63,760 bases of DNA, filler included, from Octopus bimaculoides (GCF_001194135.2; 7 parts of 5 records of this genome joined end to end with filler, not necessarily neighbours in it); one strand, 5' to 3'. Numbered from the whole stretch's first letter, positions 1-13,489 are shown. Notes: generated by a model from the letters alone, not told the origin. Numbers and translations are program-made.

Positions 1-859
1 GGGAAGAAACCGGAATTATTGGAAAATGTTTTTCTTTTTTTCGATGAATGAATGAATGAATGTGTGTGTGTGTGTGTGTGTAGCTGGAGTAATTACCCGA
101 ACCTTCAAAGAGATGTTTAGCATCCAAGTTCCTGAGGAAAAGCCTAATTTGTGATTCCAAAAGGATCATATTTTCCCCAAAGTTACGAGGGAAAAACTCG
201 GATCTTGTGAATCTTCTGAATTTTCTGAAGTCCTCCCCACCCCATTGCTTTCCGCGCATTTTTGTTTTCATATTCGTTTCCTACACTTTTTTTTTTACAC
301 CCGTTGCACTATTTTTTTTTCGATTTCGTTTCCGGGTAATAATGTCAAGATTAACATTTTTTTTTTCGTCAAATTACAAATCAGAAAAAAAGGTAACGGC
401 ATAAATTATTAGAAAAGCAAATTACTTGAAGTATTTCTCATTAATCTGTATTTAGTGAAATTAAACAAAATGAAACTAAAAACTACAATAGGTCAATCAT
501 AAAAGTGAATTAGAATAAATGAAATTGAACACAAAATATGAAACAGTCAATATACCAATACCGAAAGAATAATTTTTATTGTTTTCTAAGAATCAATAAG
601 TGATAGAAAACATTTCAATTTGAGTGGAGGCGGTGACGCTAAAATGGCAGGGAACTCCAGCAGGAAGGAAAGTAAATTCTGTTTTGATTAAAGTTTCTCA
701 ATTGTTTATATGCTTTGCTATGCTATGGGTTCTTAACTCTTCAAGGGAGTCCTAGAGGCACGGTTGTGACATAAAGTGAATACTGGAGTTGATATACTCG
801 ACCAGATCCTGTGCCTATAGTAGAAAGAAAAAAAAAATGACATTCAGACATCCGACTCT

Positions 860-1005
860 TTACCTTCTGGGCTCAAATCTCGCCGAGGTAACTTTGCCTT
901 TCATCCTTTCAATAGAATAAAGTACCAGTTTAGGTCGATGTATTCGACTTGCCTCTGCCTCTAAAAATCTTGTCCTTGTATCAAAATTAGAATAATTCAT
1001 TCAAA
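860..1005 (+). mobile_element. SINE fragment (family recurring at about 2380-2500, 17990-18300, 32385-32575, 45560-45725); boundaries approximate
   Basis: Shared string ctcaaat(c/t)..gccgaggt..ctttgcctttcatcctttc...aagtaccagt...aaaatt.gaa seen at several positions. Confidence 0.6.
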
Positions 1006-1713
1006 TATTTTTAGTCAGAAATTTCTTTATATTTAAATTCGAATTTCAGTTTTGTAATAAAATTCGGCTTAATGTTCAATTTCCATTTTCCATTAAAAAT
1101 GTTATCCATTAAAGTTTTATTTAAAAATATTTTTAGGATGTTGATTTCCATTTGTAAAAATATTGTTTTCATCAATTTGAAAATGCAAAACTAAAAGAAA
1201 AACAGAAAATCCCACAAAATCTCAATATTTTACGGTCATAGTCTGAAAGAGTTGTTTCCCTTGTATCATATTGCCCAGTATTGTTTATTTGACTGGTTAA
1301 GTTCTTTGTTCCCGACCAGCAAACATTGAATAAAGCTATTGACCGAAGGCGATCCAACCATCACCTTTTCACATATCAAAATCTACATTTCCAATATCTT
1401 GAACTGTATTGGAAAAGAATAGATTCCGACGCCTAGAAAATCACAGTCCTCATTTCTAGTGCTAATACAAGAGTAATATAACTCCGGCAAATTTTGATTT
1501 ATGTAATATAGAGTAACTAATATTTCGTGTAACTATGTTTATCCATGAAATTAGTAAGCAAAGTGACCTTCTTGAGAGTTTAAAAACTTAAAACATCAAG
1601 CGAGGGATATAACAGCAATACAAGGGTGGGCTGAAAAGTTCATAGGCTGAATATGAAGGAATGATGTCAGAGCTAATTTCAGCCCTTCTTTTCAATAACT
1701 GGATTGTTTCTTT

Positions 1714-1812
1714 CCCTAACCCTAGCGCTAACCCTAATTCTGACATTAACCCTAACCCTTAAATCCCAACTCCAATCCTAACCCTAAACCTAACCTTAAC
1801 CCTAATCCTAAC
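1714..1812 (+). repeat. Degenerate interstitial telomere-like (CCCTAA)n tract
   Basis: About 12 imperfect ccctaa/cctaac units in tandem. Confidence 0.75.
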
Positions 1813-3459
1813 TCATTGCCCAGAGGCCTCACTGGTCTAGGGGTTCAGTTCTGATCTGTGAATGCTGTAGCTTACAGGGCCTAATGCATTGGATTGTTTT
1901 CATTATACAGAGCTGATGAAAAAATATGAGAGTTAAAACTGAAATGATTTGTCTACAGATGAACTTGATTGTAGCTAAACAACAACAGCATACCCGTTGC
2001 ACATCTATTTACTAATATTCAGTTATTCGCTAAATGTTTTCCCGCTAGTTTGCAAATATAGATGAAATATATTAATCTAATATATCAATACTTGAATTTT
2101 TTCTACTGTATGTATCGTCATTAAAGTATTTATTGTTTAAATTATTTAAACTATCACAAAATATTTCGATGTAATATCCTGAAACTTTATTCCTAGGATT
2201 TTGAGAATATCATTTCTTACATCGTCTACAGTTTGTAAAGGTATCTATTATTATGAGGCATTATGAGGTATTATGTTCTCATACTTTATGATTTATTCAT
2301 AAAATTCCTTGTTTAAGAAATTATTTGCTGAAATTACTGGATTTTATTTATTTAATTTAGAAAGCTGAAATTGTAGAAGTGACAGTATCTAGTTACGTCC
2401 CTTTATGCTCTGAGTTAAAATTCTCCGACTTTTGTTTATTATCTTTTCGGAGTAATCAGTTAAATACCGAGATCGATTAAATTAAATGTGTAGCTTTGGA
2501 CCTATGACATAAATATATACTATTATTACCAATTGAATGTTTATATTTAAATTAAAATACCGACTTTTTTGTTTAAAATTTAGTCTTTATTTTATTTGAC
2601 TGGGCTAACCACGACCAGCTGAATTGACATCTGTAGGAGAAATATAACCTGGGACGGTATTCGAGAGGGGTGGTGCTCTGGATAGGACGGGCTAGGTGCA
2701 TGTTTAGTGCGAAATAGAATTGTAAGCTTGGAGTGAAAGTGAGGCGTAGATAGCAAAGAAGAAAGACAAATGAGACAGGAGTGTCTGAGTGGCAGTGACT
2801 AAAAGCCAACCATTTCCGAGTAGCAGAGGCTACTACATTAGTTGTAGAGAATACAGAAAGAAAAAACACTTTGTTCGTATGTTGCGGTGCCTTTATGAGT
2901 GATTTACGTCAACCAGTCGAGTGTTCTTTCTTTTAATGTTGTCTAGGATGTCTACGTGCTCCAGACGAAGGGAAAGGAAATAGTAGGGTTGCCAGATTAG
3001 AAAATTAGATATACGATCAATTATTTTAATGGGTTATGAGAAAAACAAAAGTAATATCATTTCAAAATTATTTGATATAAGCTAAAAAAAAAATTCTGTT
3101 TAGGTGAAATAATTTGAAAATATTTCTTTAATACAGACAACAGAGAAATAATCAAAAATCGAAATCATTGTAAATTATTTATTTAATGACAAATAGAGTC
3201 AATCTTTTAATGTGAAAGCATTTGAATATTATTTAATACACGTAATATAGATAACTAAAAGACATACTGAGAAAGTGAAAACATTGCAAAATACTTATTC
3301 AATAGAGACAATAATAGAAAAATGCAAAGAAAATAATTTTGAAAATTATTATTTAATGCAAATAATACAGAAAATAGTCTAAAAAGTTGTGTTTCATAAG
3401 GAGAACATGAAAAGAAACAAAACTGATAAACTTGGCAACGGTGTTACTCCTTGACTATG

Positions 3460-5160
3460 GTGTTACTACTTTCACTATTCTTTCAATTCTGTTTTGACAA
3501 TGGTGTTACTCCAGAGTAGTGGAAAACTGCCAGTGTTATCCCTCTGTTCAAAAAAGGTGACCGCACGTCGCCTGTCAGCTATCGCCCCGTCAATCTTACT
3601 CGCTGCATCGCCAAACTGATGGAATCCTGTGTTAGAGAAACCCTCTGGAACTTCTGGAAGTCTCATAGCCTCATACAGCCGTCACAATTTGGATTTATTC
3701 CTAACTCCAGCTGCTGTAATCAACTCATCGAGTTTCTTGAGGATATTACCCGAATCACTGATGGCAACTCCTTGGTGGATGTTGTTTACCTGGACTTTGC
3801 TAAGGCTTTTAATTCTGTGCCACACAAAATTCTTATGGTGAAACTCTCTGCAATGGGTGTAAGAGATGATCTCTATAACTGGTTGAAGTCCTTCATTATC
3901 GGCCGAAAAGAGGTTGTCACAGTTCTAGGACAGCACTCTTCACCCTATGAGATGACATCTGGTGTACCACAGGGGTCTGTTCTTGGCCCCCTGTTATTTG
4001 TTGCATATATTAATGACATAGATGCCAACTTAAAGAATGCCAAAGTGCTGAAATATGCAGATGACATCAAGCTGTACCTCAAAATAAAGAGGACAGATCC
4101 TGTACACTATAGATCTTTATTGCAATCAGACCTGGACACAATGCAGCAATGGATCATGGACTGACAACTCAAGCTGACCATGGACAAATGTACCACCATA
4201 CATTTTGGGAGGAAAAACCCAGCGTCTACTTACTCCCTCCACAATACTAAAAAAGTCTTCTTGTGAACGTGACCAGGGCATTATTGTCGACAGCGATTTA
4301 CGTTGGACAAAACACATTGCTAAAATTGCCAAGAAGGCTGAGGGTGTCTTGGCATCACTTACTAAGTCCTCTGTGAACTGCTCTCCGGCTATCTATCAGA
4401 GGCTTTAATACAATAATAGGATAAATTCTTATATAAGAATTTATCAAGTAGCTAACGTGAAAAAAATTCATAGGGTAACAATGTGCTTACTACGGTAGTT
4501 AACGTGAGGTATTCTTGTATAGTTATGCCCTTATATATGTATCTGAGGCTTTATATAGCTATGGTGTGGTCTCACCTGGAATTTGCGTCTCCGGTCTGGA
4601 ACCCCTATCTTACCCAGGATATTAATCGTCTGGAAACTGTTCAGCGACGTGCAACCAAGCGAATACCCTCCATCAGGCATTTGCCATATTCTGAACGCCT
4701 TACTTCCCTGGGCATGGATACGTTGAAACTCCAACGTCTAGCAATTGACTTGGCAGACATCCATAAAATCATTAACCATCTTACTAACAATAACTCTGAG
4801 CACCTTTTCAAATTCCACCTGTCTAACACCCGTGGACATGTTTACAAAGTCAGAAAACAACACAGCTCCCATGACTTTTGGAAACATTTTTTCACGCTAA
4901 GAGTTGCTGAAGTATGGAACAAACTGCCAGCATCAGTTGTTAGTTGTCGGAGCTCTGCGTCCTTCAAAATTTCCATGCTTCCTGAGATTCGCCAACACTA
5001 CACATGATTTTCTCCCCTTCATACACACGCAAGCATGTATCTGATTCATACACTGTTCACTTTCCAGACATTTGTACATTACTGCATATGCTTTATACGC
5101 ACTTTTGACAAGTTGTAGTGCACCTGAGAACTGTATACAATAATTTCATTATATTATATT
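3460..5160 (+). mobile_element. 5'-truncated CR1/L2-type LINE: reverse transcriptase pseudogene plus 3' UTR
   Basis: WKTASVIPLFKKGD..YRPVNLT, YLDFAKAFNSVPH, SGVPQGSVLGPLLF, KYADD, then LEFASPVWNPY..LETVQRRATK; stops and frameshifts; short ATT-rich tail near 5150. Confidence 0.92.
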
Positions 5161-5238
5161 AATATATGCAAAATTTTCTTAACAGGCCGCACGAGAATTA
5201 AACTTGAACCTTTAACTTTAGTTAGATTTCACTGATGA

Positions 5239-6689
5239 TTAGGCTTTTGTTAACAGGTCTTTGTTTTCTAACACATGCCTATAAAATTCTTTACATTGAC
5301 AGTTAAGGTTCCATGTGCATTGTAAGATAGCTTCTACAGTAGCCACATCCACCTTATTTTGTTCTTCAGTCCATTGAACATTCATCATCGAGAAGACACG
5401 CTCAACATCAGCATTATGTGCTGATATGGTAAATAAGAAATGGCACAAAATTAACAACTCGGAGTATTGTTCTTGAAATTCAAGCTGCTAGAGGATAGTA
5501 AACCATCTTTCATGGCACAGTTTGGTCTTCCATTCATCAGGTTTGATCTGTATCTCTTTAGCAAGGCGTTTTTTTAAATGTTGACCAATGACAGAAAATA
5601 ATGTTGTCATCAATTTTTATACCTTTGTTTTTTTAACACTAGACAAGACGATTCTACATGTTCCCATGCTGGAACTGTATCTAAAAACATCCATGTAAAG
5701 TTATTGAAATTTTCAAAAGATGAAACCCATTTCTCAAGATAGCCATGGCAAGTGCCATAGTAGTTATCCACTTCAAGTAGAAATTTCTTTTTCTCTTCAC
5801 ATTTGACATCGTCAGTATTAAGGCAATCTTTCACACTGAGAGGAATGAACTTTTCATTAATTCTTTCCTTTATAACTGCAACGAGTCCTTTTAAACAGCC
5901 AAGCACTTCAATAATGCTATTTTCTCTCTATTCTATCTTTATAATCCTGTTGTTAAAAACATGTTCCAAACTGTGAACAAGATATAAGTAGGTTTCGCTC
6001 AGCGGATTATTGAATAATTCTACAAGAATTTCTGGGACCTTTTCTTCAGAATCAAAAAATAATTTCGGTGCTTTAAATAACCTTAGGATTCTCTCATCTG
6101 CTCTCATCAAAAAAAGCCAACGAGTTTTAGAATGTGAGAGAATTGAGACATACTGCACACCAACAAACTTGTAGTAATCTTTTAACTTCTCAGATCGAAC
6201 AATATAAATGCTAAAGTATGAAAACAATTTAACAACAATTACTTCAACACTGACAGAAAGAACATTGGCTGTGGTTTGAGCAGCAGTGTGCAGAATATGG
6301 GCTGGACATCCAACACCTTCCATCAATTCATTCATGCTTTCCTTAAATTTTGAGTAGACATTATTTGTGCCTATGCACACGTCCACCAAAATTTGTATTT
6401 GTGTTATCTCCATCGAAAGCTATACATTTCTTCACGTCCAGTTCTAACTCGACAAGGCTCTCTCTGTAAAAGCTTGCTATTGTTTCCGAGATCTCAATTG
6501 GGAAGGATCTTACTCGTAATAACTTTATCAGTAAACCCTTTTTACTTGGAAAACATTGCGCAATCAACGGGAAAATTTTCTCAGCATTGTGATTACTTGC
6601 ATCTAAAAGAATACTTATTTATATCTTTAACAATCTCCACAATAGTGTGTGGAGCCACAACATTTTTTTTATTATTGCAGCACATTTAG
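5239..6689 (-). pseudogene. hAT-superfamily transposase remnant
   Basis: FDGDNTNTNFG, GCPAHILH (CxxH), SKTRWL, and C-terminal dimerisation motif SAHNADVERVFS in successive frameshifted ORFs; TIRs not identified. Confidence 0.85.
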
Positions 6690-6696
6690 TCCTAGC

Positions 6697-6918
6697 ACAC
6701 ACAAACTGGCACTCCGTCGGTTACGACGATGAGAATACCAGTTGATCCGATCAACAGAACAGCCTGCTCGTGAAAATAACGTTGCAAGTGGCTGAGCACT
6801 CCACAGACACGCGCACTCTTAGCGTAGTTCTCAGGGAAATTCTCCCGACACAGAATAGGGGAATCGAACTCACAACCTTACGATCGTGAGCCGATTAACC
6901 TAACCACTTAGACACGCG
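6697..6918. mobile_element. SINE body (6697-6850) fused to a minus-strand tRNA-derived SINE head (6858-6918)
   Basis: The body is the reverse complement of the repeat at 36690-36832; the head reads cgcgtgtctaagtggttagg..ggttgtgagttcgattcccc, with A- and B-box-like motifs. Confidence 0.75.
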
Positions 6919-6924
6919 CTTTCA

Positions 6925-6952
6925 CACACACGAACAGACAGACAGACAGACA

Positions 6953-7023
<71 letters not shown>

Positions 7024-7215
7024 CTATAGATATATAAATGCATACGTACATACGTACGCACAGGCATGCACAAACGTACCTACATACATGCACACACGCA
7101 TACATGCATACATGCATACATACATACATACATACATACATACACATACATGCATACATGCATGCATACATACATACATACATACATACATACATACATA
7201 CATACATACATACAT
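6925..7215. repeat. Compound microsatellite (CAGA)n/(CA)n/(CATA)n
   Basis: Directly visible. Confidence 0.95.
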
Positions 7216-7405
7216 TACATGAAATAAAAAGAGGCGAATTACTGACATACACAATCATTCTCACAGACTTACGCTAACACACTTGTCTAAGAATGTGCGT
7301 GTGTAAGTTCGTGTGAATGTATTTTATGTGTATGTGTGTCAAGCGTCGTTGTATATGTGTTGTCTCTGTATTTCGAAATGTGATGTTACGTAGATGTCTT
7401 GCTAC

Positions 7406-7455
<50 letters not shown>

Positions 7456-7956
7456 NNNNNNNNNNNNNNNNNNNNNNNNNNNNNNNNNNNNNNNNNNNNN
7501 NNNNNNNNNNNNNNNNNNNNNNNNNNNNNNNNNNNNNNNNNNNNNNNNNNNNNNNNNNNNNNNNNNNNNNNNNNNNNNNNNNNNNNNNNNNNNNNNNNNN
7601 NNNNNNNNNNNNNNNNNNNNNNNNNNNNNNNNNNNNNNNNNNNNNNNNNNNNNNNNNNNNNNNNNNNNNNNNNNNNNNNNNNNNNNNNNNNNNNNNNNNN
7701 NNNNNNNNNNNNNNNNNNNNNNNNNNNNNNNNNNNNNNNNNNNNNNNNNNNNNNNNNNNNNNNNNNNNNNNNNNNNNNNNNNNNCAGAAGATTATTAATT
7801 TTCTGATCCTTTTGAACAGGCACAGTGACATATATAATAATTTTTCGGTTTTCTTTACGACATATCGTTTACTTCATACATACATTCATTATGCATCCAT
7901 GCATACAGAAATGCACGCCTCAGACATTGCAAGTACATGCACACGTACACACTGAC

Positions 7957-8212
7957 CATGGGCCCGGGAACAGGGGGTGCAGGTGGTGCAAGTGCACCCC
8001 CTAGAATTTTTGCGGAGTGCAGAACCAAAATTTGCAGCCCTGCTTATTTTACTCAGGTTTACAAAACCGTGAATAAAAAAGTGATGTGTAAAAAGTACCT
8101 TCTCAAAGAACAAATCACAAAAATAAATAACAGAAAAAAACAAGACCAAATTTGTAAAACATTTTGGACTTGGGTTTGCACCCCCTAAGCAAATTTCGTT
8201 CCTGAGCCACTG
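7957..8212. mobile_element. hAT-type MITE (256 bp)
   Basis: Perfect 8-bp TSD acactgac (7949-7956, 8213-8220); imperfect 15-bp TIRs catgggcccgggaac / rc cagtggctcaggaac; subterminal tgcacccc repeats. Confidence 0.85.
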
Positions 8213-8479
8213 ACACTGACACACTCACAGATACTCACATGTATGTATGTATGTATGTATGTATGTATGTATGTATGTATGTATGTATGTATGCATGTAT
8301 GTATGTATGTATGTATGTATGCATGTATGTATGTGTGCATATTTGAATGTTTTGTTTTATGTATGTATTCTCATGCATATAGTTGCATATCTAGACATGC
8401 CCATGTATATTTAAATGATGAATTTCTGGAAAGTTTTACAGCTTTTTACAGTTCCATTGACTGATTCGATCTGTAGTCT

Positions 8480-9910
8480 TCGAATTAGCTTTCTCCTTTC
8501 TAGTTTTGAGAAGCCCAATTTTTCGAGATTGGTATTTAGGCAGTGCATACAGAGAGGGAAGGGTGCAAAGTGAAGTTAATTCCCCCGGAGAAATTAACCA
8601 AAAATGTGAGAAGAAAAACAGTAACGTAGAGGACCTTATGTTTACCCCGAACCAAGATTGATCTGGCTCCGGAGGAGGTCACCGATAAATGTCTCGAACC
8701 AATGACCGTACTTCCTGCAGTGGATGTAAGATTTGCCACTGCAGAGGTGGGAGAGAAGTGCACCACTGTACCAATAAGATCAGAAGAATGGCTGCTCCTG
8801 CCAACCTACCTGGGGAAACGAATCACTAGGGTAAGGGTTGGCAGGATTCCGCCAGAGATAGAAGCAGTATGGATTGCAACAGCCATACTTTCGGGAATAA
8901 AAGAAAACCCAACAATTGCACAGGCAACACGGTCGCAGTAATTGAATTGATGGGGTTATGGACTGGATTTAGTTGTCCAGACCACCCAGACAGACTTGAA
9001 CAAAATTCCGGAAGAAATTAAATTGGAAGTAACAGTGGACGGGAGATCTCCAACTTGCTATGGCTGCGGCCAGAAGGGGCAGATCTTTTTGATGTGCCTC
9101 CAAAAGGAACAAAACCAAAAAATGATGTTGAGATCCTGACCGAGCCTGAGAGCGTGGAGAAGGTGGCGGAAACGATCCAAGGTGCGACTGAGACGGAGTG
9201 AATCGACCAGGAAAGTGCCGAGGAGGACTACAGACTAGTATCTAGAAAAAGAGAAAGAAACATTACATCACCAAAGTGTACACAAGCGAAAAAAAGAAGT
9301 CTCATACACAGCAAATAGACAAAATCCAGACATCCCCTGAAAATATCACACCAACACAGCACACACCAGAAAAACCCCAGAATCCCCCATCAAACACACA
9401 TAGGCAGACACACAACACAGTAAAAACTCCGACATTGCAATCTGCACACAAAATGACTTATAGAAAGAGTACAGAGATAGAAAAAGCAATAGCAAAATTA
9501 AAAAGATATCACAAAAGTTATTCTTTCTAAAGTCTACGCAGCGGATACAAAGTGCATCTTGGTAGATAATTTGAAATATGAAACTTTAAAAAAACATTTT
9601 AAATCGGATATAGACCCATTGGTGAGGTTTGAAATGCTACCTCCGCGTCGTGGAATTTAATGAATTAAAACCGTATTTCGTTGAATAAGTATAATTGTTT
9701 TAAATTTTGATAAGTTAACTGTTAACGAACAGAAAATTGAACAGTAATAACATGATTGCTTGAGGGTGGGGATCTAGCAATAGCGTTCATCCTCATTTGT
9801 ATATTTCATTTCATTCATCGTTTTATATTTTATGTCCCCACGTGTATTGTCTGTGTCTGTCCTTTTACCGTCCCGTCTATGTTTAGCCCACAGTGGGCAA
9901 TAAAGAATCA
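8480..9910 (+). mobile_element. Tx1/L1-type non-LTR element, ORF1 (gag-like) plus 3' UTR, no ORF2; 5' boundary approximate
   Basis: LLPTYLGKRITRVRVGRIPPE; zinc knuckle CYGCGQKGQIFLMC at 9056-9097 (H replaced by Q); 3' end gtgggcaataaagaatca shared with the elements ending at 11760, 33133 and 63380. Confidence 0.7.
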
Positions 9911-9927
9911 ATTCGTTTCCCGAACGC

Positions 9928-11759
9928 TTTTTGGTTTATTGCTGTGTTGAAGTTGTACCGAGAGTTATGTATATCGTTGCTATTGTTGAACTTTGTGTTG
10001 TTGCATTTGGTACATTTGTGGTTATAGTCATTTTCAGCTGGCAGATCGGTATAGACTAGATAGAATTATAATAAGGAATATAGATAAAAACTTAGTTAAT
10101 TGTCCACTTTTCCATCACGTCAGCTACAGTGATCAGAAATTTATGACCTGTAGGCTTGACATAGATAGGTTACGTAGACAGAGTTTCGGTTACTGGAAAC
10201 TCAACAAGTCCCTCTTGGCTTGTGAGGAGTACAAGACTCGGATTAGACAGTTAGTGATGAGCGCATTGACCGGTTCCATTGTTAACAAATGGTGGCTTGT
10301 CCTCAAAAGAGCCATAAGATTTGAGTCGATTCGCTATAGCATAGAGATAGGTAGGAAGCAGACTAGAATAAAAAGGGCTCTAGTTAAGGATGTAGAGGAA
10401 GCGCTGAGGTGGGGATGTGTGTCTCAAGTTTTAGCGGCGAGATTGGCTCTGAACCAACACCTCAAAGCTGAACACGAGGGATGCATAGTCAAGGCGAAGC
10501 ATCGTGCAGTGGGACAAGAGGGAATCAAAGCTGCTGGATGGGTTCGTGTGGTAGAGGCCCAACGGGGCAATGATATCACCATAAAGCCTTTGACGGACCA
10601 ACAAGGTAACTTGGTAAACGAACCCGAGGAGATGTGTAAGGTCTTTCAAGAGCATTTCGCCCAGCTCTTCGGGAGGGGCGGCGAGGCGGGGCGTAGGAGG
10701 GACCTCATGGACCTCCTCGCCGGCTTGCCGCGTCTCTCGGGACGGGAGGTGGAGTGCCATTCTTGGGAGATCCATACACAACAATCTCCACCTTATACGC
10801 TATACCTTAGAGAGGGCTGACAGAATTCCTGGTAAGGGTGGGGCTTTGGTCCATTTAGACCAATCTAAGGCTTTCGATACGGTTGACCATCGGTATCTGG
10901 TGTCGGTCCTCGCGGCGGTCGGGTTGGACCCGATCTTTCTCAGCTGGATCATTGCTCTTTATGGCAACATCGATTCGTTCGTTCGGGTGAACGGTTTCTT
11001 CTCGAAACCGTTCTCAGTCAAGCGCTTGGTACGTCAAGGGTGTTCCTTCTCCCTGCTTCGGTATGTGTTGGCTCTTGAGCCTTTACTGTGGAAATTGAGG
11101 GAGATAAGGGACGTCTCGCGTGATCTAGGGTGTGGAAAGTCGGTTTCGGCGTATGCGGATGACGTCACCGTTCTGCACGCGATTGTGAAGTGTCCGAGAA
11201 TATCGGAACTGTGGGTTTACGTCGAACAGCTGCTGTCATGTCTAGGAGGAGTACAACTATCCTCCGAGTCAATCATTAAGATTGTTCCACCTTCTTTTAA
11301 TCGAGAAGGAAAGGCTTGTTTTCTCGCTGTGGTTGCTATAGTAAAAGAGGTGGTTTGAAAGATGAGAATGAAAGGAGTAGCGACAGGCACCTTCGTCTCT
11401 GGTCTCGCTCTAGTGAGCTTTTATATTTTCTATCTTAAAAGGAAAATAAGACTGGAGAGGAGGTGTCTGTCGCATGAGATATATGGAAAAAGATGGAAGG
11501 ATATTGCGCGGGAGTTGCGAATGAGTGACTCATCTTGAATGTAAGCCATAGAAATAAGGCAAGGCTTTAGTGGCGGACCGGGGCTTGCGAGGTCGAAGCT
11601 AAACCCACTCCATTGTATTGTCCCAATGTTTTGTGTTTTCATCCGTTTTATGTCATAATTTTTTATTATATCATTTTAATGTAATAATCATTCGCGACCC
11701 AACTGTGTATTTGTATTATCCCTTTCTATGTTTGGCCCCCTGTGGGCAATGAAGAAATC
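9928..11759 (+). mobile_element. Tx1/L1-type element with internally deleted ORF2 (endonuclease end, RT, C-terminal segment)
   Basis: LDRII..SYSDQK, GYWKLNKSLL, LDQSKAFDTVDH, VRQGCSFS, SAYADD, HAIVKCP; 3' end gtgggcaatgaagaaatc; 17-bp TSD-like flanks 9911-9927 and 11760-11776 (2 mismatches). Confidence 0.88.
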
Positions 11760-11760
11760 A

Positions 11761-13022
11761 TTCCTTTCCCGAATGCAGCAAGCATGCCAAAACTGACAAG
11801 AAATCATAGGGAGCAAGCCATCGGACGTCTCCATGCTGGTCAACGTCCATGGGTCATTGCCAATGACTTTAACTGCAGTATTCGGACAACTGAGCGGCTG
11901 AGGGAACAATACAATGCCACAAACAGCATGGATGATCGTCCACGCAGTGGCTGACCGAGGGTTACAATGGCATGTCAAGAACGCCACCTGCACCGAGAGC
12001 ACTTGCAAGACCAATTCCGGAGGGCAACGGAGTCTGCTAGGCAGACCATAGGGATTCACCACAGATCAATTTGTGCAGAGACAGTTCACCGCCGGCTGAG
12101 ATCTTTCAATCTGTCTTGTCGACGTCCAGCTAGGAGTCCCATCCTCACAGATCGTCATCGACGAGCACGTCTGCAGTGGGCTCAAAAACGTCAGAACTGG
12201 CGATGTCAGCAGTGGAGGACTGTAGTCTTCTCTGACGAAAGTCGATATTGCATTTCTGTGGCAGATGGCAGAGCTAGGGTTTGGAGAAGAAGGGGTGAAC
12301 GTCATGCCGATAGTTGTATGGTGAAGAGAGACTCATGGGGAGGACAGAGCATTATGGTATGGGGTGGGATTGCACTCAACCAGAAACTTGAACCGGTGGT
12401 CTTCCAAAACGTCGACCAAGATCAGGGCAATGGAGTAACTGCCGCTCGCTACATCGACCAAATGTTGAGGCCTCACATTATGCCATACTATGCCCGTCAT
12501 CGGAATCACGTGTTCCAATACGACGACGTCCGTGCCCATACTGCCAGGTCGACAACGGATTTCCTTCAACAGCAAAACATCCAGACACTACCATGGCTTG
12601 CCCTAAGTCCGGACGTGCACCCCATAGAGCACCTACGGGACGAAAACCAAAGAAGGCTAAATGACATCTGTCTAAAGCCGACAACTGCTACACAACTCAC
12701 GGCAAGTTTTAACAGTGTGGGCTGTTAAAATCCTCATGGCCTTCATCAATTGTTTGGTGCATTCAATGTACAGAAGATGCCTGGCGGTAATCAACACTAA
12801 TGGTGGATACACAAGATATTGAGTTCATCTCTTTGGACCCAGGACACTCTGTCATCACGTGACACCATGTGACGTCAAACATGTTTCAGGAAATGACGTT
12901 TTATCGTTAGGAAAGAACGTTTTCTTAACAGCACTCTTCAATTAATGCTATGGCAGTCTGTTAATAAATCGGTTTCTATTTAGTATGTGTTCGACGACGT
13001 TTCTGTTGTGGTTCAGTTTATA
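11761..13022 (+). mobile_element. Tc1-family transposon; transposase pseudogene 11784-12822 with DD34E triad; right TIR present, left end missing
   Basis: HTH region with RPRSG*P (premature TGA 11952-11954), VVFSDESRY, IMVWGGI, FQYD-x34-E (SPDVHPIE), C-terminal RRC.AVI..GGYTRY*; ends gttcagttTA. Confidence 0.92.
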
Positions 13023-13489
13023 CACACACACACATATATATAGACATACGTATATGTGTCTTTGTAGTACGTGCCTATGTTTCTGTGTACGTTATTCTTT
13101 TTATTTCGAAATGTGCTGTCACGTATGCATTTTTTTGTTTGTTCTTTTTCTGTGAGTATTTGTATGAATGTGTGTATATGTGTATATGTTTTCCTGGGTG
13201 TATATATTGTATCGTTTGTAACGAGACTGACTTAGTTTCGACAGATCAAACGGGAGAAATGCCAGACGATTCTAAATCTCTTTTTTTCCAGCCGTCGCCT
13301 CTGCGTTTGACTAACTTCAAACGGCTCATTCAGGATCTGTACGACACTGTGAAAACGTGTCCTATCTCTTTCTCACCTTCTTGCATCGAATCCGCATACT
13401 TTTCTGTTTTCCCCATTTCGTCCTATTTCCTTTACAGTAAGAACGCATCAGAAAGGAAGAGTACGTTTTCAGGGACTGCTAGTATAAAC

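Noticed and set aside
2573-2869. 98-aa minus-strand ORF in unique sequence
   Set aside because: No recognisable motif, non-ATG start, no convincing splice signals
2985-3440. MITE with gggttgccag / ttggcaac termini
   Set aside because: Only about 7 of 11 terminal bases match and no TSD was found
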